Positions 1 through 13,000 of a DNA stretch of 64,000 nt are shown in pieces (within the stretch, counting starts at the first letter, position 1; every line of letters starts with the position of its first letter). The stretch comes from Isurus oxyrinchus. Lineage: Eukaryota. The stretch covers positions 100,936,001-101,000,000 of the forward strand of contig JANJGN010000021.1 of NCBI GenBank assembly GCA_026770705.1. Direction: 5' to 3'. The position numbers were made by a program, and so were the translations under genes. Below the pieces are notes generated by a model that was given only the letters and a program-made list of their open reading frames with translations, ran no database searches and had not been told where the DNA came from.

Positions 1-400
1 AGCTTTTTGGAAGAGAACATTCCAGATTTTTACCAGCCTTTGAGAAAAGAAGTGCTCTCAGGCATCAGAACTGAACTCTGTAGCCCTAATTTCAAGGTTA
101 CAGCCTCTACATCCCGTTCTGAACTCTTCTATCAAAAGCATTAGTTTCTCCAAACTACCTTATCAAATGCTTAAATTATCTTAAATACTTCAATCAATGA
201 CCTGTTAATCTTCCTTGCACAAGGGAGTAAATGCCTGGAATATGCAACCTGTCCTCATAATTTAATCCAATTTCCCAGTGTCATCTTGGTGCACCTGCAT
301 TTTACCACCTCCAAGGTCAGCATATCCTTGTGGGATACGTTGCCCAGAATGGGATGAAATCCTCCAAATGGAGTCTAATCAGAGCTCTGCAAAGCCTACG
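1..400 (-). mobile_element. Degenerate CR1 LINE 3' fragment
   Basis: Similar to the other CR1 3' ends in the window (ggaagagaacattcca..., cctcataatttaa). Confidence 0.6.
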
Positions 401-1424
401 TTTTGTGCTCAAATCTCTGGGATGGGGATTGAAGTGATGACCTCCTGACTGAGAGGCAAAAAGTGCTAATAACTGAGCCACAGCAGACCCATTAACGGAG
501 AAAGTGGCCTTTATAACTATTTATGAGCAATCACTCTTAAAGTTTCATGAATTTGGAAACTGAGTCTCTGCCGTTCGACCAATCAAATCTAGCCCTAATA
601 AAATGTACTGATAAGATTTGATCTAATTTTTACATTGTTATTGAATTTTAAACAGGAGGACGGTGGCAAATATTCAGAAGAGGAACTGCTAAAGTAGAAC
701 AAATAAATTTAGAGAACAGCACCGATCAAACATTTTCTCCAGGCAAAAACGAAGGCAGCTCTTAGCAATTCTGAAAATCCATCCCGACACAAAGATTCAC
801 GTGTTCCTGTGCACTAATGGGAGCAGTCATTCATTGGAAAATCATTGGTACACTGTCAAACTGTTCTGTCCATTGCTACTGGCGATTTCCCGAGAAGCCA
901 GCCGGTTAGAGACCATGGTGCATCCACAACACTGCCTCCACCCAACCCACCAACATACACAATATCCAACACAGACACACGAGTAATGACCACCTGCCAA
1001 TGTTAGGATAGGAAGCCTTATAGATGAACTCTGTTTTTTGAAAGGTTCCATTATATTTGCAAATACGTGACATATATGCCGCTCTATACTATTTTTTGCG
1101 AAGCCTACCTGCAAGGCTTAAAGCCTCTGACTTCAACAACACTACAAACACTGCGTTCTTCTTCAAATGCAATTGATCATTTAGTGGCGGAAATGCAGCC
1201 TGTTCAGTGATGTCCTCGCCGAACCCTGAAAGTAGAGTTAGAAATACAACAGGCTTTTTAAACGTGCATGTTTTGTAATCATTGAAGTTTGGCTCAATCC
1301 GGTTGTATTAAAATGAAAAGCTCACAGCCGAAGTTGCAGTGTGTTAGCCAACAATGACAGTCAATGTTAGACATGCAATGCAAGCATCAAACATTTTAGT
1401 CAATTACCCTTTGTCTATATCATT

Positions 1425-2115
1425 GTCACAGCCCAGTCTTGGAGAGGAAAGGGATCATGTTGGACCCAATTCTGGACCCAGACGCTGAAGGGAAAAGATG
1501 GTGTTTGACCCATTGCACCATCCAGGCCCAGAGCAGAAAAGGGCAGTTTCTGACCCACTGCAACACTCAGTCCCAGATGGGAAAGGGAAACATGCTTGAG
1601 CACTGAACCATTCAATCCCAGAGCAGAAGAGGACAGTACCTGACAAATGGAATCACACTCTGAGAGAGGAGAGGGACAGTGTCTGACTACTGCCTCATCT
1701 GGTGGAAGATGAGGAAAGGAGACAATCTGACCCACGATGCGAATCTGTCCTAGTCGGAGAAAATCGAGTTTATGACCTATTTATTGCCCTACCCAGCCCG
1801 GGGAGTGGGGTGGGGGCGAATGCAGTGCCTACCCACTGCAGCATCCAGTCCCAGTGGGGATAAGATCCGTGTCTGGCACACTGTCCCACCCAGTCCCAGA
1901 GAGGGGAAAGGACAGTGTCTGACCCACTGCCCCACCCAGTCCCAGATGGGCAAAGGACAGTGTCTGACCCAGTGTCCCACCCAGTCCCAGATGGGGAAAG
2001 GACAGTGTCTGACCCACTGTTCCACCTGGTCCTAGAGGGGGAAAGGATAGTATCTGACCCACTGTCCCACACAATCCCAGAGGGGAAAAGGACAATGCCT
2101 GACTCACCTGCCCCA
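1425..2115. repeat. Minisatellite, about 45-bp unit (cagtcccagatggggaaaggacagtgtctgacccactgtcccacc)
   Basis: Units start at 1937 and 1982 (period 45) and degenerate towards 1430. This explains the 15-aa periodic ORFs at 1415-2150. Confidence 0.9.
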
Positions 2116-3157
2116 GTAGGGATTCTGTTGATGTTTAGGTGATGTAGCAAACATAGAAGTTAAGGTCACCTGACTGGATTTGCTTATTTTATGACGTGTT
2201 ACATAAGGATGATTAGTTATATGACTGATTGAGAAATAAATGCCGTTGGAATCCCATTACTGCCTCGTTGCTTCCCTTGGAGGCAGATGAACATGTACTA
2301 GTGGAAATAGTTCAATATGTGTAGAGCGAGTAAATAAGAATATAGCGGGAAAACTGCAGGTAATCACTTTCAAATTCTAGAGTCTCACTCAATAATTAAA
2401 TCTTGAGATAATTCCAACAAATCCGTTGAAGGTTGTGGAACAACGTGGCGTCCATTAATAATAAAATTTCTTCAAATACCGACTGAGGTGCAAGGTTATG
2501 TTACCTATATGCTATAAAAAGGGATTAATAATGTATACCCGAGCAGATAGTCGACATTCATTTAGCGTCTGTGTCACAGCCCTTATGTAGCAATAACTTA
2601 ATGCTTATTTAAGGAATTACATCTGCTAATGCAGATTTGAAAACTAATATGAATAGCTTAATTTGGAGTGGCTTTTCACTATTTTAACCTGGATTCAAAT
2701 GCACCTTGCATAATGGAAGAAGCGTTTAATCTATCACCTTCGAGTCGTATTTAACATTTAGATGCCAATAAGTATTGACTCATGACATAAGAATGCCAAC
2801 TTCAGCACACGTCAGTTTTCTAACAATGTACATAGGAGCTGACCCGAGTTGGAACAAGTTGGTTTAAACATGTATGGACTGCAAGTTGTGCTCCCATCTA
2901 GGTAATGGAACTAATTGAATTATGTAAAACGTGAAAATACCCAAATGGTTCCAATGGGTTCTTCAGGGTGCATGCTATTGTACCATTGTTTCTGTACACA
3001 GGTTTCATAGCTAATTCACAACATCATATTCGTATCAACCCAACCTAACGCATTTTATGTGATATACACAATGTTATTCTGAAGTTGATATGCGCTGAAA
3101 TAATGGCCATCGCTCATGTTGTGGTCACAATTGTCCATTAATAAATGCAAAATAATG

Positions 3158-3280
3158 CTCTGAAGAAGGGTCATACTGACTGGGAACGTTAATCAGTTTC
3201 TCTCTCCACAGATGTTGACAGACCTGCTGAGTTTTTCCAGCATTTTCTGTTTTTGTTTCAGATTTCCAGCATCCGCAGTT
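3158..3280 (+). mobile_element. Short Penelope-type/SINE-like element with degenerate hammerhead motif
   Basis: ctgaagaagggtcatactgactgggaacgtt...gacctgctgagtttttccagcattttctgtttttg; same family as about 12366-12470, 23720-23830, 50851-50952, 56100-56190, 58900-59005 and 60690-60860. Confidence 0.6.
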
Positions 3281-4642
3281 TAGCTAAATAATGCTGCCCA
3301 GCCCTTAAGCGATGTACGCATTCCTGCACGGTTCAGCAGCAGCCATCAGATAACTATCTGGAGTGTCAGATTTAGCATATTACTCTTTCCTAGTCCAGGG
3401 GCTCCAATAACAGTTATAGTGATACTTGCTCTCCCGACCCAGAACGGCCCTCCAAAGGTTGTATCATCCATATTTTATGTAGATTTTGTATTGTAAGAAA
3501 CGTGTGATGGCAAATTTGTTGATCAACCACTTTGAACGTGATAACCATTTTTTAAAAATCTTGATTCAAATGAAACTAATCACTCAAGATTCAACCAACA
3601 AAAGAAGGGTTCCTGGTAAACTAAGAATCTCTCTTCCCTTGAGAAGCACATTACACAAAAACATAAGAAAACGAGTAGGAGTAGACCATCCAGTCCCCGA
3701 GACTGCTCTGTCATTCAGCATGACATTGGCTGAACATCTGTCTCAAAATCACTTACCACCTGCTTCCCATATCCCGTGAGACGATATATAAGTGTCTATT
3801 TTTCAGCCTTAAATAAATTAACAATGGAACATCCACATCCCTCTGGGATAGAGAATTCAAAGATTATAGCCTTTGAAGTTCTGCATTTTGATTTGGACCC
3901 CAATTCATCAAACTGTCTGTGCAGAGCATCATTTCCTAGTTCTATCAATGTCATTCTCTCTTACACAGGCCATGACAACTGATTCTTCTCCAGTTCACTC
4001 TACATTCGTCTACATCCATAGAGATGACCTTAACCGTGGCACCAGGGAGGAAACACAACCTTTGGAACTCACGATCACAACTGCAGAAAACAACATCCAC
4101 GTCACTGAATATACTGTCCCCTAGCACTACCACGTTCCTTCCCCCTCCTCCACTAAAATGGTTCTCTGCACCATAATGTAATGGTCAGTTTACACATCCT
4201 TTTACTACACTCCTTGTTTTTACCCACACACGGAGTGAGTACCCCATACTTGTTGGTCAATGTCAAGGGCCGAGTCTTCTCCATCACCACATTCTCGTTC
4301 TGCTTACCCTGCCTGACCTGGAATCACACATTCATGTCCCTGACTATGGACTTACTCCAAAGTTCTGATTTAGCTGAAGAGATAATACTGCCTTAGGAAG
4401 AAAGTTCCCATGTATCTCTGCTGCTCCCGGAAATCCTACATTTTCTGCAGCGCCCACTCCAGCTTATCAGTTCTGAGGTGAGATTCCCAAGCTGCAAACA
4501 CTTAGCACTGATTGTCCTGGACTGCAATAGACCCCACATGCTCCTACATGTTGCATCATGGGGCACAATCTGCCCTACCATGTCTGTCTAACCCCATTTA
4601 TTTATTTGATTACTTTATCAAATTATTAAATACTTAACTAAT

Positions 4643-5588
4643 TGTTGCGATCAGGATGCGAGGAGTGCACGAATTATCAAGCTGCACTACTGCATAGGCT
4701 GTACCATTAATTTAAATGTTTAATTTTCTCACCGAAATGGCCAATTGTGCACCTGTAACTCTAGTATCCAGAGGAAAAGAGGCTCTGATCAGGCTCCTTT
4801 CAGAAACTCAGGATGATTAATTTAATTTAAAACAAAACTTCTTTAATCAAGTTGCAAGTAATGGTTAACACACAATTGTAATCGGGATATATAATTATCA
4901 ATCACTTCCTAAAGAATTTCCCCAACACACACACACACACATGCACGCACACAGACAAACAAAGGAAAACAGGTAGAGTATATCTGCAGAGATGGGCTTT
5001 GGAGGATGGGCGTTATGAAATAAAGCTTAAAGTCCGCAGGGTCTCGACGCTGTCGACCTGGAGCTCTGTCGTATGCAGACTGGTTCCAGTAGATGCCTAG
5101 AAGTTATTACCTAGTCCAGCTTTGCATGTCCAAATGCAGGCTGGTTACACTCAAGTGAGTGTTCTCTGGCTACAGGTTATTAGCCACACACACTCTTAGG
5201 CAAGGCAGAGAGACGGGGCCAATCAATGTAACCTTCCTTCCTCAGCTTGTCCGCCAAAAAGACTGCCTTCAAAACAAACAGTTTCACAACTTAAGTTGTT
5301 TCATTCCTCTCGCCTGTGTCTCCCAGCTTCTCCTTAATTAAAGTGCTTTGCAGTTCTAACAAACAATTCATTCTCAAGTACCATAAAGGTCAAGTGATTT
5401 CTTGGAAGAGGCCTGCTTCTTGTCAGTTCCAAGGTGAACTTTTGGCCTTTTAAAAAAAAAATCCCGGTTAGCATCCAGATCACGCCATGCCTTTCCATTT
5501 TGCAATAGAAGACTTCAATCTCGACAGATAAGAATCTGACATAAAGTTGCAGTCTCCTAACTTGGAGACAAAAGAAAAACAATCACCA
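4643..5588. mobile_element. Possible solo LTR (946 bp)
   Basis: TG...CA termini flanked by direct repeat ACTAAT (4637-4642 and 5589-5594). Confidence 0.4.
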
Positions 5589-6725
5589 ACTAATGGAGAG
5601 AAAACTAAAGAATAAAAAGCAGCGCCTCATTCCATCGCTACACTGAATTCCTACTTACACTAAATAACCGACTTAGCACTCGAATCGCAAAGCACTCTGT
5701 TCCCCGATCACTCTTTGCGGAAGCTTGGCTCAATTCTGGCACTTATATGATCTATAAACACCAGTGCAGGCTAGTAAGGCGGAATTTCCTCTTTCTGCAA
5801 TGTATATTCTAGCAAATTTTATATATGGTTCAATATATGTTGGCTTTTACTAAGGGAGCCTTCTTTTCCTTCCAAAGCTTTTCAACATATTGTCAAAAGC
5901 GAACACAGACTACTGTTCATGTGATGGCAAACTCATTATTTTCACTGAATTTTTATACAATTATTTAAAGGTATTCGCGCGTGATTGCAAATTGTCGGGC
6001 TGAAGCAGAGAATTGTTTCTTAAATGCAAGCATGAAATTATATGGTCAGCATTAACATTCTGCAGCACTCTGGTTTCCTACGCCGCTGATCTGCAAGGAT
6101 TGGAGTAGACTTTTAGAAGTGAATTGGAGCACAGAATGCTCACTTTTACCGGTACTAAATTCCATGGCAAATATTTTGGAGTCTCACAGCAAGTATTTCC
6201 CTTGTGACATTTAGCAGTCATTTGAATCTACTCCAAATAAACCCAAAGGAACTTAAATAGAAATTAAAAGCACTTGGTCTATAATATAGCGTCATGTATA
6301 AAGTACTTTGTTCACCCGTTTAAATTTTATAGATCTAAACATGATTAGTAACCAACAAGTGCTTCCACGTTTTATTCTATAAATAGCAAAATTATAAGAT
6401 GGATTTCAGACTTAATAGGCAGATCTTTGCTAATCAGTGCAGGCGGTACAGCTCAACATGCAGTTGGATTTAACCCTATCCATGGGGCACTTTCATTATC
6501 CAGTGGCAGGGATCTCTGGGAATTGATGTGACGCTGGGCACAGTAGACTGGATTTATTGTGGGACGGTTTCTAACAGCTCATTGGCGTGAAAATTGTCAT
6601 GGACATTTGGACACAACGCCTTCCTCCCTCCTCCCTCATTCCCCCACCCCGACCAATTTCCTACTTCATTGATTGTAACTTGGCAGCCTGCGTTTTCCGC
6701 TAAGCTCCAAGGCAAGCAACTATAG

Positions 6726-7495
6726 GAACATGTCAACTAGAAGCAGGGGTGGGCCATTCGGCCCTCGAGTCTGCTCCGCCGTTCAATAAGAACATGGCTG
6801 ATTTGATTGTGGCCTCAACTTTACATTCCCCCCTACCCCCCCCCGGTAACCTTTGACTCCCTTGTCAGCCAAGAATTTTTCTACCCATCTTTCTACTTTT
6901 GCATTTAAAAAAAAAATGAACTACCCAACCTCCATCACTCTCTGGGGAAGAGAGTTCCAAAGATACCCCGAGAGAAAAATAAATTCTCTCCATTTTCGCC
7001 TTAAATGGAACATTCCCTATTTTTAAACTGTGTCCCCTAGCTCTAGTCTCACACACAAGGGGAAACATCCTTTCAACATCCACCCTGTCAAGTTCCCTCA
7101 GGATCGAGTATGTTTCCATAAGATCACTTCTTATTCTTCTGAACTCCAATGGACACAGGCCTAGCCTGTCCATAAGATAAGCCAATATCAGTTGAGTAAA
7201 GCTTTTCTGCACTGCTTCTAATGCATTTATATAATTTTTCAAATAAGAATAAAACTGTACACAGCACTTCAGATGTGGCCTCACCAACGCCCTGAACATT
7301 TGTAGCAAAACACCCCTACATTTATATTCTATTCCTATTGCAATAAATGACAACATTCCATTTGTTTTCCTAGCCAATGCATAATAACTTATCCTGATTC
7401 ATGTACCAGGACACTCAGATCCCTCTGTACTGAAGAGTTCTTCAAACTCATTCCATTCAAATAATAAGCTGATTTTATATGTTTGCTGTCAAAGT
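6726..7495 (-). mobile_element. CR1 LINE 3' fragment (ORF2 C-terminus + tail)
   Basis: ORF 6865-7377 has ALVRPHL..CVQF, LEFRRIRSDL.ETY and TRARGHSLK, typical of the CR1 ORF2 C-terminus. Confidence 0.9.
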
Positions 7496-7639
7496 GACTC
7501 TTAAATGCCCTCTGAAATAGCCCAGCAAGTCACGCAGTTCTCAAGGGCAATTAGGGGACGAGCAATAGCCAACGACGCCATCATTCCATGAACGAATTTT
7601 TAAAAAGTTAGCAGCGATCACAGTTTGATTCAATTTCAC

Positions 7640-8535
7640 AGTCAGTTTGAGGGAGAGAAGAGTGAATCTGAGACCAGAGTTCTGAACTTGAATAAGCGTG
7701 ATTAAGAGGGCATGAAGACAGGGCGTGAACTGGGAAATTGGGTTAAGGGATAGGTTAGTAGAGATCCAGTGGCAGACATTTAAGGAGGTGTTTCAGAATA
7801 CTCGGAAAATATACATTCTAGTGAGAAAGAAAGATTCTAAGTGAAGGGCTAACTAAGGAAGTTAAAAATTGTATCAGATTGAAAGAATAGGACTGCAATT
7901 CAACAAAGATGAGTGGCAGGTCAGAAGATTGGACAGTATAAAAAGAACAGCAAAGATTGACTAAAAGATTAATAAGAATGGATAAATTAGAATACTAGAG
8001 AAAAACAGCTAGACATATAAAAAGAGATAGTAAGTGTTTCTACAGGTATGTAACAAGGAAAAAAGTAAGTAAAATGAGCATTAGTCCTCCAGAGAGTGAG
8101 ACTCGCGAATTAATAATGGGAAATAAGAAAATGGCGGATGCACTGAACAGATAATTTCATCTGTCTTCACTGTAGAGGATATAAATAACATCCCAGAAAT
8201 TAATGTGAATCAGGAGGTGAACAGGAGTAAGACCTTAAACCAATTACAATCATTACGAAAACGGTATTGAGAAAATTCTTGGAACTGAAATCTGAAAAGT
8301 TCCAGGCCCTGATGGATATCATTCTAGGGTCTTAAAAGAAGTGCCTGCTGAAATGGTAGATGTAATTGTTTTAATTTTCCAAAATTTCCTAGATTCTGGA
8401 AACTCTTATCAGATTGGAAAATAGGAAATATGATCTTCTATTCAAAAAAGGAGGGAAACAGGAATTAGGAAACTACAAGCCACTTAGCCTAACATCTGTC
8501 ATAGGAAAAATGCTGGAAGCTATTATTAAGGAGGC
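7640..8535 (+). mobile_element. CR1 LINE internal ORF2 fragment (degenerate)
   Basis: Nucleotide similarity to 38150-39830; ends at the NYRPVSLTS-like segment. Confidence 0.85.
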
Positions 8536-9976
8536 TTAATAATCCTGCCTCCTTGTACATTGGTGGCTGTAGAATATGGTGCCCTAAGAATCAGTCCCGA
8601 AAGCACGCTGTGAACTCATCATCAAGGCATCTGATTGGGTAAATTTTCGTGAGATTTTTTTTGTCACTGTTTATGATTTTCTGCTTCGAATTCAATTTCC
8701 TGCCATCGGGAGCTTGACGGCAAATATCTAAAACTAGCATATCCAGAAGCTGGTGGAAGTCCGTTCTCATTACGCCAGTTCATGGGAGAAAAATGGCGGC
8801 AAAAACTTATCGATTCCTCCGGACTGTTGCAGATCCAGACAGCAAGATACCAGGTATGGGCAAGTACAGCTCTGATTGAAATCCAGGTGCACAAAACCTG
8901 TCCCCTGCTAACCTTTTTAATGCGACTGCAACCAATATTCATTACCAGATACGCTCCATACCCTAAAACTCCTCAAAAATCCTTTTCTTCGTGGAGTACG
9001 AGTGTCATTGGTGCCAATGTGGACAGCGTCCTATTGGGATGGGAATATCCATGTTTACTGGACGGCCATTTGGAAAAGCCGTTCGGTTCCTGAGCTTGTT
9101 TCCACCATTTCATCAACGTTTGTGCAAATATCCAGGCGGAAATTCAGCCCTTAACTGCATACTGAATAACTTAGAGAAAAGAATCAATATATTAAAATAG
9201 ATTATCTAACTCGAGCCAATTAATACTTGAACATGAAATGTTTCCCTATGGCACGTTGGACAGTTAAGTGAGCAAAATAACGCTATAATGGCCCAGAAAT
9301 CTGACAGCTGTGTTTTTATTTTTGACCATGCAGGAAACTGGTCACCTCCGATACAATTATACTGAAGTTTACATAGTTTCCCAGACAACAAAATGAGATG
9401 CTGTTGCAAAATGTAGTGTTCGGCGAGGATAGTCTATTCCATGTTGTGCATCTTTGTGCAGTGAGGATCCGAACGACAGTAAAAATCACGTAAGTGCTGA
9501 AAAGGCGGTCTCTGCTTGCAATGTTTTCATTCCTATTTTACATGATTCCTTTTTACAGTGTAGCGAATTTACTGCACAGTCCCAATGACTTATTTGGAAA
9601 TGCGAGGGAAGTTTGTGACTCCATTGAAGGAAAACATATTCAGCTCAGAAACTGAAGCATAACTATTTAAAGAACAGATTCATGTATCTAAGAATAACGT
9701 AGGTAACCGAACTGCAGAACAGCTGGTGGTTCGCGTGTAAGCTAATTAAGACAGCAGCTTAGCAACAGAAAACTATCTACGGGCCTTCCTGCCGAGAGAC
9801 TATGATATAAGTGCGCCTTATTGTTTTGCAAATACTGGGCTGCAAGTTTTACCAATCTGCAGCTTGTGAGAATTATTTGACAGAATGTGACCTGGACGGA
9901 AAGCAATTTAATATGGCCGCCTTCGTATTCGGGTGACTCTGCACGGAGACCGTCTGTGTTTTCCACCCTTCCCGTT

Positions 9977-10004
9977 TCACTGTGTCATTATCATCATCTT
10001 TTTC
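9977..10004 (-). CDS. NCR3: NCR3-like A putative last coding exon (short cytoplasmic tail)
   Basis: Strong acceptor tttacttcctttgcag; the phase-2 join gives RKKMMIMTQ*; a minus-strand AATAAA lies near 9315-9320. Confidence 0.5.
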
Positions 10005-13000
10005 CTGCAAAGGAAGTAAATTCGCATTCAGAACAACTAATGTATAATTTATGAAATCAATGTTTGGTTACTCTGTGAGCAATAGTTCCAACTTGATTGA
10101 GAATGGAATTCAGCTTAGGATCAGAAACATGCTTGTTCGCGAATCACGCTGTTCCCTTTATGATAGAAAACTTGAAGACTTTAAAATCTGTTCCAAACTC
10201 TGAGAGACTGGAATTAACTGAGCAGAAGGAAAGGTCACATTGCAAACACAATCTTAATTTCTTCTGACCAATGACCTCTGTCTCTTCATAATTTTTACTT
10301 CTGTTTCATTCCATGCGTTTCCGCTTTACAGTACTCCGGAAACTTCTGGGTGAACGGTTACCGATGTTTCAATTTGCAATAGGCTGTACGCAGTTTTTGT
10401 TACCGCTAGTTACAGAGGAAAATACCTGATTCACATTATTTTTCTTGTCTAACTGGCTTGACTCACAACTGAAGTTAGGAATAGGCATCTATGTCCAATT
10501 AATCCTTAAAGAAAACATTCTAGGAAATAACATGTCTTAGCATTACTTTCTCTCTGTAGATCAGGGCGGAGAAGCAGACCGTTCATCGTGTAGGCCACTG
10601 TGAATTCGAGCCCTATGCAATATAAGGCTCGGTATATTATTCTGGCACTAAAGTAGGAACGTATCTGCTAAAAGCCAGATAATAGAATAAGTGTTAACTA
10701 AATATAGGTTCAGGTCAATCTGAGAAACTCCAGCACAAAATAACATCAAGGATTCAAGTTATGTTCCAAGTGACACACCATCCCGAATTGGGCATATGAC
10801 GTCCTTCCATCAATGCCCGCGCTCAAGAGCCTGGAACGCCTACCAAACGCCATTCTGGGCATACCTTCACCATATTGACCGCAGTGGCTCAAGAAGAAAC
10901 CCACCACCGTCCCAAGAGGTGAACAAGCGCTGCTTGCTTGCCAAGAATGAACATAATATATGGTTGCATGCGGGAGAGCTTTATAAGTATGTTGAGTCGA
11001 AAGATTGCCCTGCTGGAAGGGCACAAGGCAATTGAAATCCTTAATTAACATAGGGAGTAGGTGCTTCGAGGTAGTTGCTCGATGCGTTATTTGGGGAAGA
11101 GAAGGCGTGGCTTGAATGCTCAATACTTACAATGTCTTCTTGATGAGGAAATATATTCACCGCAATGGAATTGTTTTAAAAATAATTACAATACTTAAAG
11201 GGATAGTCTGTAATCACGTTTATATTAAATCACAATCCAGTGTGAAATGTGATGTGTTTCAAACCACATTATTGAGATTTCTACTTTGGGTTTTACTGGG
11301 GTTGAGCCTTTCAGCAATTGGACCAGATATACACCCTTAACACCACTGTGAGGGCCCCATCATTAATGTAAATTTCAGAAGTAATTATTTGTTTGATACA
11401 TTTTTTGAATTTGCGCCAGATATAAAAAAATGACAATAATATATGGGCCCCATCTGAAAACGTTGCATGTTTATGTGTGGATACTGAGCGTATTGATAAA
11501 AACAATAATGTCGACAAGATGCCTTGTTTGCTCTCTCTATTTTAGCTCGCCTGTCTTAGCTCACGTCAGAAAGCATCTTCGTACCCCCATTAAGATAACG
11601 GAGAATGGATTTCGAACATAGGTATTAGCGTTTAGACGTTCAATCGTACAGAACTTGAATATTGCTGAAAAAGAAACGTCAAAGCTTGTCGTATTGCACT
11701 CATCGCAAGAATACCAATATAAGGGGAAAACAACAATTTAGACTATGTGTGAAGAGAGTGCTGATTGTTTGGCAAGTGGACTCAGAGTCTCTTCACGTAT
11801 AGTATTGTTGTTGTTTTCCCCTTATCTTGGTATTTTTGCGAAATGTCCTGAGGAATGCAAGATGAAAAGCTTCGACGTGTCCCTTTTATTTTAGCAATTA
11901 TTAGCAGTTGTAAATTATTTTTCTACTAATGGATTTGGGCCCCCGTGATCATGGGGCAGAGTACACGTATTTTACGGGAGCAAAAATTGTATTTGCATAT
12001 TTTTCAAGGTGAGGGTGTGGTTGTGGGGCTAGTTGCGGCGGGAGGGGGTAGGTGGTGGTGGTGTGGTTGGGGGATGGGGGCGGAAGTGAGGTAACTAGCC
12101 AGTTTGGCTTTCAATGATATAATTCTAAAGAGCAATATTTAGAGCAGCTCACCACAAACTCAACGTTAAGCATGTATTAGAAAGCAAAGTAATGGAACAT
12201 AATGACACATCTAATTAGAAGGAATTTGGAAACAGTGGCAGGGAGGTGAAAGCGGGAAGGTGGAAAGGTTGATTGGGAAAACACCAGTACATCATAGATT
12301 ATCACATGGTTAAGTAGGGCACAGTGTCTTAAATGTACCGTAATAAATGCAATTGCGTATTGGTAACAAAAACAGAAAATGCTGGAAAAACTCAGCAGGT
12401 CTAACAGCATCTGTGGAGGGAAAAACAGAGTTAACGTATCGAGTCCGTATGACTCTTCTCCGAAACTATTGGTGCATTGGTAACGTCTCGCTCAGAAATA
12501 GGTTATAATAGAATAAATTAAGGGCCATGCAAAATATTTACACTATGTCACATGGCTAAGTTTAAACATTCGCTTGGGACATTTGATTTTGTATTTCTCT
12601 AAAACACTATTTAAGAGAAAACGTTATCCATATCTTAATATGTCCAAACAACATAACAACAATGTAAAAATCTGAGCATCATTTGATATCATTTTGCAGA
12701 TTACGTTGGGCACCGTTCGACTATTTATCTCGTTTAACTTAACGCCGTGTTTGAATGATGTAGTTGATTATTGCAGGGTTATCATATAATTTTCATTCCG
12801 AGAAACAGGGCCGCTTATCTGTCATTCACGCGGCTGTTTAAATAAACACAGCTGAGCTGTATGTTACACACACTGGGCACGAATTCAAGCGGGCTAATTT
12901 CTCGCCATAGCTTCGGCAGAAACTCGCCAAAATTCCAGAGACCCAGCACAAATGATTCTGCAGTTTCAATCGGTTTCCATATCAATATGTGTGATTGCAG

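Noticed and set aside
1415-2150. Repetitive ORFs / CRISPR-like periodicity
   Set aside because: 45-bp minisatellite with no unique spacers, in eukaryotic DNA.
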